Positions 26,544-35,026 of a stretch of 64,000 nt of DNA are shown piece by piece. The position numbers were made by a program, and so were the translations under genes. This stretch comes from Actinomycetes bacterium (GTDB taxonomy: Bacteria; Actinomycetota; Acidimicrobiia; Acidimicrobiales; Aldehydirespiratoraceae), in assembly GCA_024276495.1 (NCBI GenBank), contig JAJRXC010000005.1:64191-128190 (forward strand), in the 5' to 3' direction. Position 1 is the stretch's first letter; every line of letters starts with the position of its first letter. The notes beneath the pieces are model-generated. The model was given only the letters and a program-made list of their open reading frames with translations, was not told the origin of the DNA and searched no databases.

Positions 26544-27080
26544 ATGAGCACGATGCCGGCCGGAACGCTGGGCCGCACGGTGATCGGGGCCGATGAGCTG
26601 GCCGCGAAGGTGCGAGGTCTCGGAGCCGAGATCACCGCCGACTACGTCGGGCGCCGACCGTTGCTGGTCGGGGTGCTGAAGGGGGCGTTCATCTTCATGA
26701 GCGACCTCGCCCGGGAGATCCGTCTTCCGGTCGAGTTCGACTTCATGGCCGTCTCGTCGTACGGCGATTCGACGACGACGAGCGGCGTGGTCCGCATCGT
26801 GAAGGACCTGGAGACCGACATTCGGGATCGTGACGTGATCCTCGTCGAGGACATCGTCGACTCCGGGCTGACCCTTCGCTATCTCCGCCGACTGTTGGAG
26901 GACCGTGCGCCGGCGAGCCTCGAGGTCTGTGCCCTGTTGGTGCGCGAGGGCGCCCGGTCCGACGACGTGCGCTATGTGGGTTTCCCGATTCCCGGTGATT
27001 TCGTCGTTGGCTATGGCCTCGACGTCGCCCAGCACCATCGCGAACTCGAATCGATCCGGGTGTTCGAGCCCGCAGACTGA
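26544..27080 (+). CDS. hpt: Hypoxanthine phosphoribosyltransferase
   Basis: LLVGVLKGAFIFMSDLAR and the PRPP-binding VILVEDIVDSGLTL. Confidence 0.92.
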   Translation: MSTMPAGTLGRTVIGADELAAKVRGLGAEITADYVGRRPLLVGVLKGAFIFMSDLAREIRLPVEFDFMAVSSYGDSTTTSGVVRIVKDLETDIRDRDVILVEDIVDSGLTLRYLRRLLEDRAPASLEVCALLVREGARSDDVRYVGFPIPGDFVVGYGLDVAQHHRELESIRVFEPAD

Positions 27081-27164
27081 TCGGGGCTCGCTAGTTTGGC
27101 GGGATGATCCGTCCCGCCTCGATGATCCGCACCGAACCGGTCCGCGGACGGGAGCGGTGTTGAC

Positions 27165-27956
27165 ATGGCCCGGGTCATGGGAATTCTCAACGTCACTCCC
27201 GACTCCTTTTCCGACGGGGGCCGCTGGCTCGACCGCGTGGCGGCGGTGGCGCGGGCCCGAGCGCTCGTCGACGAGGGCGCGGCGGTGATCGACATCGGCG
27301 GTGAGAGCTCCCGGCCCGGGGCCGAGCCGGTCGACGCGGAGACGGAGCTGGCCCGAACCGTCCCGGTGATCGAGGAGCTGGCCGGCACGCTCGGTGAGGT
27401 GGAGATCTCGATCGACACCACCAAGGCCGAGGTCGCGTCGGCGGCGGTCGCGGCGGGCGCCACCCTCATCAACGACATCAGCGCCTCACTCGAGGACGTC
27501 GCCGCGCACACCGGCGCGGGTTGGATCGCCATGCACTCGCTCGGGCCCAGCGCCACGATGCAGGATGCCCCCGTCTACGACGACGTGGTGGAGGAGGTCG
27601 CCACGTTTCTCGCCGACGCGGCGCGCCGTGGCCGCGACGCCGGCGTGGATCGGATCTGGATCGACCCGGGCATCGGCTTCGGGAAGACGATGGGGCACAA
27701 TCTCGACCTCGTCGCGAATCTCGACCGGTTCGTGGAGATCTCGCCGACGGTGATCGGGGTCAGTCGAAAGAACTTCGTCGGTCGACTTCATGCCGAATCC
27801 GACGGGATCACCGGCGACGTTCCCGTCGCCGACACCGATGATCGGCTCGAAGGTTCGATCGCGATGGGGACCTGGAGTGTGCTCCAGGGTGTCGACATGG
27901 TCCGCGTGCACGATGTGCGGGCTACGGTCCACGCCGTGCGAGTCGTGCAGTCATGA
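27165..27956 (+). CDS. folP: Dihydropteroate synthase
   Basis: MGILNVTPDSFSDGG, IIDIGGESSRPGA, IDPGIGFGKT. Confidence 0.95.
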   Translation: MARVMGILNVTPDSFSDGGRWLDRVAAVARARALVDEGAAVIDIGGESSRPGAEPVDAETELARTVPVIEELAGTLGEVEISIDTTKAEVASAAVAAGATLINDISASLEDVAAHTGAGWIAMHSLGPSATMQDAPVYDDVVEEVATFLADAARRGRDAGVDRIWIDPGIGFGKTMGHNLDLVANLDRFVEISPTVIGVSRKNFVGRLHAESDGITGDVPVADTDDRLEGSIAMGTWSVLQGVDMVRVHDVRATVHAVRVVQS

Positions 27957-28561
27957 GAGGCAAGTGGGCCCAGGGCATCGAGCCGCGGCATTTCCGTTGG
28001 ATCGTGAAGGACCGCGTCGCGGTCTGTGAACGGCCCGGCGGCTACGGCGACAGTCATCGCAAGGTCCGGCGCCAGGAGGAGATCATCTGGCTGCGCCAGC
28101 ACGAGTTCGACTTCGTCGTGTCGCTGATCGGCTCGACCCACAACCTCCACAACTACGAGGAGTTGGGGGTTCCGTTCCACCATGTCCCCTTCTCCGGCCC
28201 GGCCGACGGACCGCTCGGCCTCACCCGGGCGATGGCCGCGATCCGCGACCATGTCGACGCGGGACACAAGATCGTCGTGCATCGAGAAGAGCTGGGCGAG
28301 CGGATCTCGGGCCTGATGGCCGCCTACCTCCTGTGGATGGGCCTGGTGCCCGACGGGCCCCGGGCGATCACCGTCACCGAGCAGTTGTTCGAACGCGAGC
28401 TCGGTCCGACGGCGCGCGAGCTGGTGTCGATGGTCGCGAAGTGCACACCGTCGGCCGAGCTCGAGGTCGACGCGTTCGCCGCGGTTCCGGCCGAGGAGGA
28501 AGGCCCGACCGCAGACGCGACGGCCGACGACAGTGCCGAGGTCGACGGAATCGCCGACTGA
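27953..28561 (+). CDS. PTP/DSP-fold-like protein with a non-canonical P-loop (catalytic Cys position is Arg) and an acidic C-terminal tail
   Basis: WIVKDRVAVCERPGG..., EEIIWLRQHEFDFVVSL and KIVVHREELGERISGLMAAYLL resemble the dual-specificity phosphatase layout (HCx5R(S/T) becomes HREELGERIS). The fold assignment comes from motif recollection only. ATGA overlap with folP. Confidence 0.5.
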   Translation: MRGKWAQGIEPRHFRWIVKDRVAVCERPGGYGDSHRKVRRQEEIIWLRQHEFDFVVSLIGSTHNLHNYEELGVPFHHVPFSGPADGPLGLTRAMAAIRDHVDAGHKIVVHREELGERISGLMAAYLLWMGLVPDGPRAITVTEQLFERELGPTARELVSMVAKCTPSAELEVDAFAAVPAEEEGPTADATADDSAEVDGIAD

Positions 28562-28582
28562 TCCGATGGTCTGTCGACGGAG

Positions 28583-29062
28583 ATGAGCGCACGGCATCGG
28601 GCTTTTCTCGCCCTCGGGTCGAATCTGGGCGATCGGGTCGAACATCTCCGCACCGCGGTGGCGTCGATCCCCGACATCGACGAGCTCTCGAACGTCTACG
28701 AGACACCGCCGATCAGCGACATCGAACAGGGTGCCTTCTTGAACATGGTGATCCGCCTCCACACGACGCTCGACGCCCGGGCCCTGCTCGAGGTGTGCCG
28801 GACCAGAGAACACGCCGCCCGTCGCGTCCGGTCGGCCTACTGGGGGCCGCGGACCCTCGATGTCGATCTGCTCTGGGTCGACGGCGAGACGGTCGACGAC
28901 TCGCCCGAGCTGCTCGTGCCGCATCCCCGGATGTTCGAGCGGTCGTTCGTTCTCGTGCCGCTGGCCGATGTCGGCGGTGATCTGTTGCCCGCCGGCTACG
29001 ACGTCGCCGCGACGGCCGACGCCGACGAGATCGTCGATCTCGGCCGGTTGGCCGACCTCTGA
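28583..29062 (+). CDS. folK: 2-amino-4-hydroxy-6-hydroxymethyldihydropteridine diphosphokinase
   Basis: AFLALGSNLGDR, WGPRTLDVDLL, LLVPHPRMFERSFVLVPLADV. Confidence 0.9.
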   Translation: MSARHRAFLALGSNLGDRVEHLRTAVASIPDIDELSNVYETPPISDIEQGAFLNMVIRLHTTLDARALLEVCRTREHAARRVRSAYWGPRTLDVDLLWVDGETVDDSPELLVPHPRMFERSFVLVPLADVGGDLLPAGYDVAATADADEIVDLGRLADL

Positions 29063-29099
29063 GCCGGACTAGCGTGAGCACGGTGAACGCGAGGTCGCG

Positions 29100-29843
29100 A
29101 TGAGGCAGGTGCACGTCGTCGGCGCCGGCCGGGCCGGTCGCTCGCTCGCCCGGGCGCTGAACGACTCCGGGTGGCCGACCCCGGTCCTCTTCGGGCGCCA
29201 CGACGACCCCGCGGGGATCGGCGAGGGCGCCGACATCGTGATCATCGCCACGCCCGACGCCGCGATCTCCGGTGTCTCGGAGTCGCTGCCGGTGCGGTCC
29301 GACGTCGTGGTCGCCCATCTCGCGGGTTCGCAGGGGCTCGACGTGGTGCGTCGCCACCCTCGTCATGGCGCCGTCCACCCTCTGGTGGCACTGCCCGACG
29401 AGGTGACCGGGGCGCGGCGGCTGAGGGGCGCCTGGTTCGCGGTGGCCGGCGATCCTGCCGTCGAGGAGATCGTGGTGGCGCTCGACGGGCGGAGCTTCAC
29501 CGTCGACGACGACGCCCGGGCCCGCTACCACGCGGCAGCGGTCGTCGCCTCCAACCATGTCGTCGCCCTGCTCGGTCAGGCCGAACGCATCGCCGGCTCG
29601 GTCGGGGTTCCCTTCGAGGCGTTGCTGCATCTGGTGCGGGGCACGCTCGACAATGTCGACGAGCTCGGCCCGGCCGCCGCCCTGACCGGCCCGGCCGCGA
29701 GGGGCGACGAGGCGACCATTCGTCACCACCTCGAGGCCATCGGTGACGACGAGCGGCCGCTCTACGAGCTGTTGGCGACGGAGGCTCGACGCCTCGCCGG
29801 GCGCGGTCGCGAGGCGGATCGACCCGGGCCCGGCGGGAAGTAG
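29100..29843 (+). CDS. Rossmann-like plus DUF2520 domain protein (PanG-type ketopantoate reductase candidate)
   Basis: VHVVGAGRAGRSLARAL dinucleotide fold and a C-terminal ALTGPAARGD motif typical of DUF2520. It sits in the conserved position upstream of panC. Confidence 0.7.
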   Translation: MRQVHVVGAGRAGRSLARALNDSGWPTPVLFGRHDDPAGIGEGADIVIIATPDAAISGVSESLPVRSDVVVAHLAGSQGLDVVRRHPRHGAVHPLVALPDEVTGARRLRGAWFAVAGDPAVEEIVVALDGRSFTVDDDARARYHAAAVVASNHVVALLGQAERIAGSVGVPFEALLHLVRGTLDNVDELGPAAALTGPAARGDEATIRHHLEAIGDDERPLYELLATEARRLAGRGREADRPGPGGK

Positions 29844-29854
29844 GGGAGGGCGCC

Positions 29855-30745
29855 GTGGAGATCGTCGAGACCATCGCCGACCTGAGGGCTCGGCTCCACG
29901 CGGATCGGGCCGCCGGCCGGACGGTGGGGTTCGTTCCGACCATGGGCTATCTGCACGCCGGCCACGTGTCGCTGATCGACGCGGCGGTGGCCGCCGACGA
30001 TCGCACGGTCGTCTCGATCTTCGTCAACCCGCTCCAGTTCGCGCCGGGCGAGGATCTCGCCGACTATCCGCGCGATCTCGCCGCCGACACCGCGGCGTGT
30101 GCGGCCGCCGGAGTCGACTATGTGTTCGTGCCCGACCTTGCCGAGATGTATCCCCGTCCGGTGGAGACCGTGGTGACGGTGCCGACGGTCGCGGCACCGC
30201 TCGAAGGGGTGCACCGCCCGAGCCATTTCGCCGGGGTGGCCACCGTCGTCGCGAAGCTGTTCGCGATCGTCGGCCCCTGCCGGGCCTACTTCGGGGCGAA
30301 GGACTGGCAGCAGGTCGCGGTCGTGCGCCGGCTGGTCGCCGACCTCAGCTTCCCGGTGGAGGTCGTCGCCTGCCCGATCGTGCGCGAGTCCGACGGACTC
30401 GCCCTGTCGAGCCGCAACGTCTATCTGACCGAAGAGGAACGTCGCCAGGCGCCGGCGCTTCGCCGGGCGCTCGACGCCGGACTGGCGCTCGCGAACGCCG
30501 GGGAGACCGACGCGGCGGCGGTCGAGGCGGCGATGGCCGACGCGTTGGCCGCCGCGCCGGCGGGCACGATCGACTATGTCGCGGCGGTCCAGGCCGACTC
30601 GCTGCTCGTCGACGGCCCGTTGCACGACGACATCCGTCTGCTCGTGGCCGTCCGGTTCTCGAAAGCCCGGCTGATCGACAACGACGGAGCTCGGATCCCG
30701 CGGCGAGGCCCCGACGATCGCGGTGCTCTATCGTCGGCCCCATGA
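29855..30745 (+). CDS. panC: Pantoate-beta-alanine ligase
   Basis: VPTMGYLHAGHVSLI, VSIFVNPLQFAPGEDL, FGAKDWQQ. Confidence 0.95.
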   Translation: MEIVETIADLRARLHADRAAGRTVGFVPTMGYLHAGHVSLIDAAVAADDRTVVSIFVNPLQFAPGEDLADYPRDLAADTAACAAAGVDYVFVPDLAEMYPRPVETVVTVPTVAAPLEGVHRPSHFAGVATVVAKLFAIVGPCRAYFGAKDWQQVAVVRRLVADLSFPVEVVACPIVRESDGLALSSRNVYLTEEERRQAPALRRALDAGLALANAGETDAAAVEAAMADALAAAPAGTIDYVAAVQADSLLVDGPLHDDIRLLVAVRFSKARLIDNDGARIPRRGPDDRGALSSAP

Positions 30746-31563
30746 CCGAACACACGCCGGACTGGTACCCCGATCCCGGTGGAACCCACCAACTCCGCTA
30801 CTTCGACGGCACCAACTGGACCGACCACGTGTCGGACCACGGCCGCCAGAGCCAGGACCCGCTCGTGAACGCGGGTGCGGTGCCGACCACCGGCATGACC
30901 GCCGACAAGATCCAGAGTCAGGTCGCCGACAAGGCCGGTGTGCAGCCGAGCTTCGCGGGCGGTGGCACCATGTTCACCGAGCCGGTGCTGGTGGTGAACC
31001 AGAAGGCGAAGATCCTGGAGATCAACACCGAGTACGCCGTCTACGACCAGCACGGCACCCAGATCGGCGCGATCCGCCAGGTCGGCCAGAGCGGCCTGAA
31101 AAAGGCGGCGCGGGTGCTGACCAGCCTGGATCAGTTCATGACCCACAGCCTGCAACTGGTCGACACCGCCGGGGTCGTCCAGCTCACCGTCACCCGGCCG
31201 GCGAAGTTCATGAAGTCGAAGGTCCAGGTGGCGGACGCGGCCGGCAACCCGGTCGGGACGATCGTGCAGAAGAACGTGATCGGCAAGATCCGATTCTCGT
31301 TGCAGACCGCCGCCGGAGAGATCGGCACGCTCAACGGCGAGAACTGGCGGGCCTGGAACTTCAACCTCCGGGACAACCAGGGAAACGAGGTCGCCCGGAT
31401 CACCAAGACCTGGGAGGGACTGGCCAAAACGATGTTCACGACCGCGGACAACTACGTGCTGCAGATCCACCGGCCACTCGAGGATCCACTGCGGAGCCTG
31501 GTCGTCGCGTCGGCGGTGTCGGTCGACCTCGCCCTCAAGCAGGACAGCCGTGGCCTGGGGTAG
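30742..31563 (+). CDS. DUF2510-like N-terminus fused to a scramblase/LURP-one (Tubby-like beta-barrel) family domain
   Basis: N-terminus WYPDPGGTHQLRYFDGTNWTDHV. The body has repeated beta-hairpin-like segments (YAVYDQHGTQIGAIRQV, VQVADAAGNPVGTIVQKN, FNLRDNQGNEVARITKTW) that end in a hydrophobic helix. ATGA overlap with panC. Confidence 0.65.
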   Translation: MTEHTPDWYPDPGGTHQLRYFDGTNWTDHVSDHGRQSQDPLVNAGAVPTTGMTADKIQSQVADKAGVQPSFAGGGTMFTEPVLVVNQKAKILEINTEYAVYDQHGTQIGAIRQVGQSGLKKAARVLTSLDQFMTHSLQLVDTAGVVQLTVTRPAKFMKSKVQVADAAGNPVGTIVQKNVIGKIRFSLQTAAGEIGTLNGENWRAWNFNLRDNQGNEVARITKTWEGLAKTMFTTADNYVLQIHRPLEDPLRSLVVASAVSVDLALKQDSRGLG

Positions 31564-31585
31564 CCGCGTCGCGGCCCGCTAGCGT

Positions 31586-32386
31586 TTGCCCGTGCTCCTC
31601 ACGATCGATGTCGGCAACACCCAGACGGTGCTCGGCCTCTACGACCCCCACAGCGATCAGGGCGACGGGGCCGCGGTCGGGCTCGTCGACCACTGGCGAC
31701 TGTCGACCGATGCCGATCGCACCTCCGACGAGTACTCCGTCGTCATCCGGTCCCTGCTCGACACCGCCGGGGTCGATCTCGACGACGACCTGACCGGCAT
31801 CGCGATCTGTTCCGGTGTGCCACGGATCCTCGCGAACCTCCGAGATCTCGTGGCCCGCTATCTGCCGTTCGGTGCCGTCGTCATCGAACCCGGGGTCAAG
31901 ACCGGGATGCCGATCCTCTACGACAACCCCAAAGAGGTCGGCGCCGACCGCATCGCCAACGGGATCGCCGCCCACGACCTCTACGGCGGCCCGACCGTCG
32001 TCGTCGACTTCGGCACCGGCAACAACTTCGATGTCATCTCCGCCGACGGGGAGTTCCTCGGTGGCGCGATCGCGCCGGGCATCGAGATCAGTCTCGACGC
32101 GCTGTTCGGCCGAGCCGCGCAGCTCCGGGCGATCGAGCTCGTCGAGCCCCGCAGCGTCGTCGGCAAGTCCACCGTCGAGTCGATCCAGTCCGGTGCGGTC
32201 TACGGGTTCGCAGCGATGATCGACGGCATGGTCGAACGGTTCCGCCGTGAGATCGGCGACATCAACGTCGTGGCGACGGGCGGTCTCGCCCACCTCATCG
32301 CGCCGGTGGCCGAGTCGATCCAGAACGTCGAGCCCTTCCTCACCCTCCACGGTCTGCGGATCGTCCACCAACGGAACCAGAAATGA
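31586..32386 (+). CDS. coaX: Type III pantothenate kinase
   Basis: LLTIDVGNTQTVLGLY, VVVDFGTGNNFDV and GKSTVESIQSG are CoaX signatures. Confidence 0.9.
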   Translation: MPVLLTIDVGNTQTVLGLYDPHSDQGDGAAVGLVDHWRLSTDADRTSDEYSVVIRSLLDTAGVDLDDDLTGIAICSGVPRILANLRDLVARYLPFGAVVIEPGVKTGMPILYDNPKEVGADRIANGIAAHDLYGGPTVVVDFGTGNNFDVISADGEFLGGAIAPGIEISLDALFGRAAQLRAIELVEPRSVVGKSTVESIQSGAVYGFAAMIDGMVERFRREIGDINVVATGGLAHLIAPVAESIQNVEPFLTLHGLRIVHQRNQK

Positions 32387-33864
32387 CCGACACCGGCCCG
32401 CCTCCCGTCCCCTACCGGGCGGAGGTCTCGACCACCACCGCCCGGATCCAGGCGGACCACGGCGATCTCGCCGCCGGTGAGGAGACCGACGAGGTCGTGT
32501 CCATCGCCGGCCGGCTCATGTTGCGCCGCGACCAGGGAAAGCTCGCGTTCGGCGTGCTCCAGGACGGCACCGGCCGGATCCAACTGTTCGCGATGGCCCG
32601 GCTCACCCCCGATTTCGACGGGTTCACGTCGTTGTCGATCGGCGACTGGATCCTGGTCCGTGGCATCGTCATGAACACGAAGCGGGGCGAGCTCTCCGTG
32701 CGGGTCGACGAGTGGACCGTGCTCGCCCACGCCCAGCGGCCGTTCCCCGACAAGTGGCACGGCATCAGCGACCCCGACATCCGCTACCGGCAGCGCTACG
32801 TCGACCTCTGGGTGACCGAGGAGGCGCGCACCGCGTTCCGTCGTCGTTCGGCGATCGTCGCCTCGATGCGCGGCCGGCTGGCCGAGAAGGGCTTCGTCGA
32901 GGTGGAGACGCCGATGCTGCACCCGATCCCCGGCGGTGCCCTGGCCAAGCCCTTCGTCACCCACCACAACGCCCTCGACACCGATCTCTACCTCCGCATC
33001 GCGCCGGAGCTCTACCTGAAGCGGCTTGTCGTCGGCGGCATGGAGAAGGTCTTCGAGATCGGCCGGGTCTTCCGCAACGAGGGCATGTCGACGCGTCACA
33101 ACCCCGAGTTCACGATGCTCGAGCTCTACTGGGCCTACGCCGACCACGCCGACATGATGACGCTCACCGAGGAGTTGATCGCGGCCGCGGCCATCGATGT
33201 CACCGGGTCGACGACGATCGACTACGACGGCCGCGTGGTGGACCTCTCGACACCCTGGCGGCGCGCCACCATGGAGGAACTGATCCTCGAGCACGCCGGT
33301 GTCGACATCGGCCTCGACACCCCGATCGACGAGCTGCGAGCCCGGTGCGACGAGTTCGGCGTGGCGACGGAGGCCCACTACGGCCCGGGGAAGCTCATCG
33401 TCGAGATCTACGAGAAGACGACCGAGGGAAAGCTGTGGGGGCCGGTGTTCGTCACCGACTACCCCGTCGAGGTCTCGCCGCTGTCACGCGAACACCGCGA
33501 CCGTCCGGGCTACACCGAGCGGTTCGAGGCGATCATCGCCGGCCGCGAGCTCTGCAACGGCTTCTCCGAGCTCACGGACCCGGCTGTGCAGCGAGAACGG
33601 TTCCTCGCCCAGGAAGCCGGCCGCGATGCCGGCGACGATGAGGCGATGATGGTCGACGACGACTACATCCGGGCGCTCGAATACGGGTTGCCGCCCACCG
33701 CGGGGCTCGGAATCGGCGTCGACCGACTGGTGATGCTGCTCACCGACACCACCACCATTCGCGATGTCGTTCTCTTCCCCACCCTTCGTCCGGAGTCACG
33801 ATCGGGCGGACACCACGAAACCGACGTCGACGACGGCGGCGGTGTCAGCGGGGCTTTCGACTGA
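32383..33864 (+). CDS. lysS: Lysine-tRNA ligase (class II)
   Basis: OB-fold region, then class II motifs (FVEVETPMLH, FRNEGMSTRHNPEFTMLELY, GLGIGVDRLVMLL). ATGA overlap with coaX. The 3' end overlaps the convergent gene by 20 nt. Confidence 0.95.
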   Translation: MTDTGPPPVPYRAEVSTTTARIQADHGDLAAGEETDEVVSIAGRLMLRRDQGKLAFGVLQDGTGRIQLFAMARLTPDFDGFTSLSIGDWILVRGIVMNTKRGELSVRVDEWTVLAHAQRPFPDKWHGISDPDIRYRQRYVDLWVTEEARTAFRRRSAIVASMRGRLAEKGFVEVETPMLHPIPGGALAKPFVTHHNALDTDLYLRIAPELYLKRLVVGGMEKVFEIGRVFRNEGMSTRHNPEFTMLELYWAYADHADMMTLTEELIAAAAIDVTGSTTIDYDGRVVDLSTPWRRATMEELILEHAGVDIGLDTPIDELRARCDEFGVATEAHYGPGKLIVEIYEKTTEGKLWGPVFVTDYPVEVSPLSREHRDRPGYTERFEAIIAGRELCNGFSELTDPAVQRERFLAQEAGRDAGDDEAMMVDDDYIRALEYGLPPTAGLGIGVDRLVMLLTDTTTIRDVVLFPTLRPESRSGGHHETDVDDGGGVSGAFD

Positions 33865-34864
33865 ACCGTTTGCGGCCCAACGGTGCGGCCACCCGTTCGA
33901 TCAGGTGGTCCGAGGCCGCCCGTAGGGCTCGGGCCCCCGGGGTGTCAGGCAGCGCCGAGAGGGTCGCCGCCGCCTTGTCGGCCCAGGTGCGGGCGACGTC
34001 GAGGGCGATCGTGACACCTTCGCTCTCCCGCACGAGATCGCGGGCACGGTCGCGTTCTTCGGTGGTGATCGCCGGGGTCAGCAACGGCCGCAGCTCACGG
34101 GCGACGACCGGGTCGGCCAACGAGTGGATCACGGGCAGGGTGTAGATGCCCTCGACGAGGTCGTTCCCGGCCGGCTTCCCGAGCTGCTCGTCGGTCGCGA
34201 TGATGTCGAGGATGTCGTCGACCACCTGAAACGCCATGCCGTAGGCGGTGCCGAACTCGGTCATCGCGTCGACGACCGGGCGCGGGAGATCGGCGACGAT
34301 CGCACCGATGCGGCAGGCGGCCGCCAGCAGGGAGGAGGTCTTGCCGGCGATCGAGCGGGTGTAGGAGTCGATCGAACGATCGGTGTGGTACGCCGACTCG
34401 AGCTCGAGAATCTGGCCCTCGCACAGCCGGGTGATCGTGGTGGCGAGAACCCCGGCGACCTCGGTGCCGAGCTCGGCCGCGATCTCCGATGAGCGGCCGA
34501 GGAGGTAGTCGCCCGCGAGGATCGCCCGCAGGTTGCCCCACTCGGCGTTGACGCTCTTGACGCTGCGACGGGTGATCGCGTCGTCCATCACGTCGTCGTG
34601 GTAGAGCGACCCGAGATGGACGAGCTCGACCGCACATCCTCCCCGGATCACGTCGATCGTCGCGGCCGCCCCGTCGGGGTCGAGCACGGATGCCGCGGCG
34701 ATCGAGAACCCCGGTCGGACCCGCTTCCCGCCGGCCAGGATCAGGTGGCTCGCGATCTCGGTGAGGAACTCGCCGTCGGAGGCGACGACCCGCAGAAGCT
34801 CCTTCTCGACCCGCGCGAGGTCGGGTTCCATGCTCGGGAGAACGGAGAGCGGTGACGCGGGCAC
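33845..34864 (-). CDS. Polyprenyl diphosphate synthase (trans-isoprenyl, FPP/GGPP/long-chain class)
   Basis: First and second Asp-rich motifs: LYHDDVMDD and FQVVDDILD. Confidence 0.85.
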   Translation of the reverse strand: MPASPLSVLPSMEPDLARVEKELLRVVASDGEFLTEIASHLILAGGKRVRPGFSIAAASVLDPDGAAATIDVIRGGCAVELVHLGSLYHDDVMDDAITRRSVKSVNAEWGNLRAILAGDYLLGRSSEIAAELGTEVAGVLATTITRLCEGQILELESAYHTDRSIDSYTRSIAGKTSSLLAAACRIGAIVADLPRPVVDAMTEFGTAYGMAFQVVDDILDIIATDEQLGKPAGNDLVEGIYTLPVIHSLADPVVARELRPLLTPAITTEERDRARDLVRESEGVTIALDVARTWADKAAATLSALPDTPGARALRAASDHLIERVAAPLGRKRFSRKPR

Positions 34865-35026
34865 GGGTCCACGCTACGTGAAATGCGTCGCTTCGGCGCA
34901 TGCGAGAATTCACACGGGCGACGAAACTGCCGATGGAGACGACAGGAGTTGCCCGATTCGACCGTTCCAGGCTGAATCAGCCCGGTACACTCTGAGCAAC
35001 GACCCAGACGTGGGAGGGAAATTCCG

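Noticed and set aside
27098-27129. Hairpin GGCGGGA-N7-TCCCGCC plus a direct repeat GATGATCCG (x2) between hpt and folP, considered as a regulatory RNA.
   Set aside because: It is compatible with a simple hpt terminator-like hairpin. The 9-nt direct repeat is too short to interpret, and I recognise no known folate-related riboswitch features.
33845-33864. A 20-nt convergent overlap of the lysS and polyprenyl synthase 3' ends, considered as an antisense regulatory arrangement.
   Set aside because: Both tails are poorly conserved-looking extensions. Such overlaps are common in compact high-GC genomes, and nothing further supports a regulatory role.
34888-34912. ATGCG-N9-CGCAT / CGC-N4-GCG upstream of clpC as a ClgR operator.
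   Set aside because: The arms are only 5 bp, and the spacing does not fit the CGC-N5-GCG core I recall for ClgR sites. The evidence is not strong enough to call.
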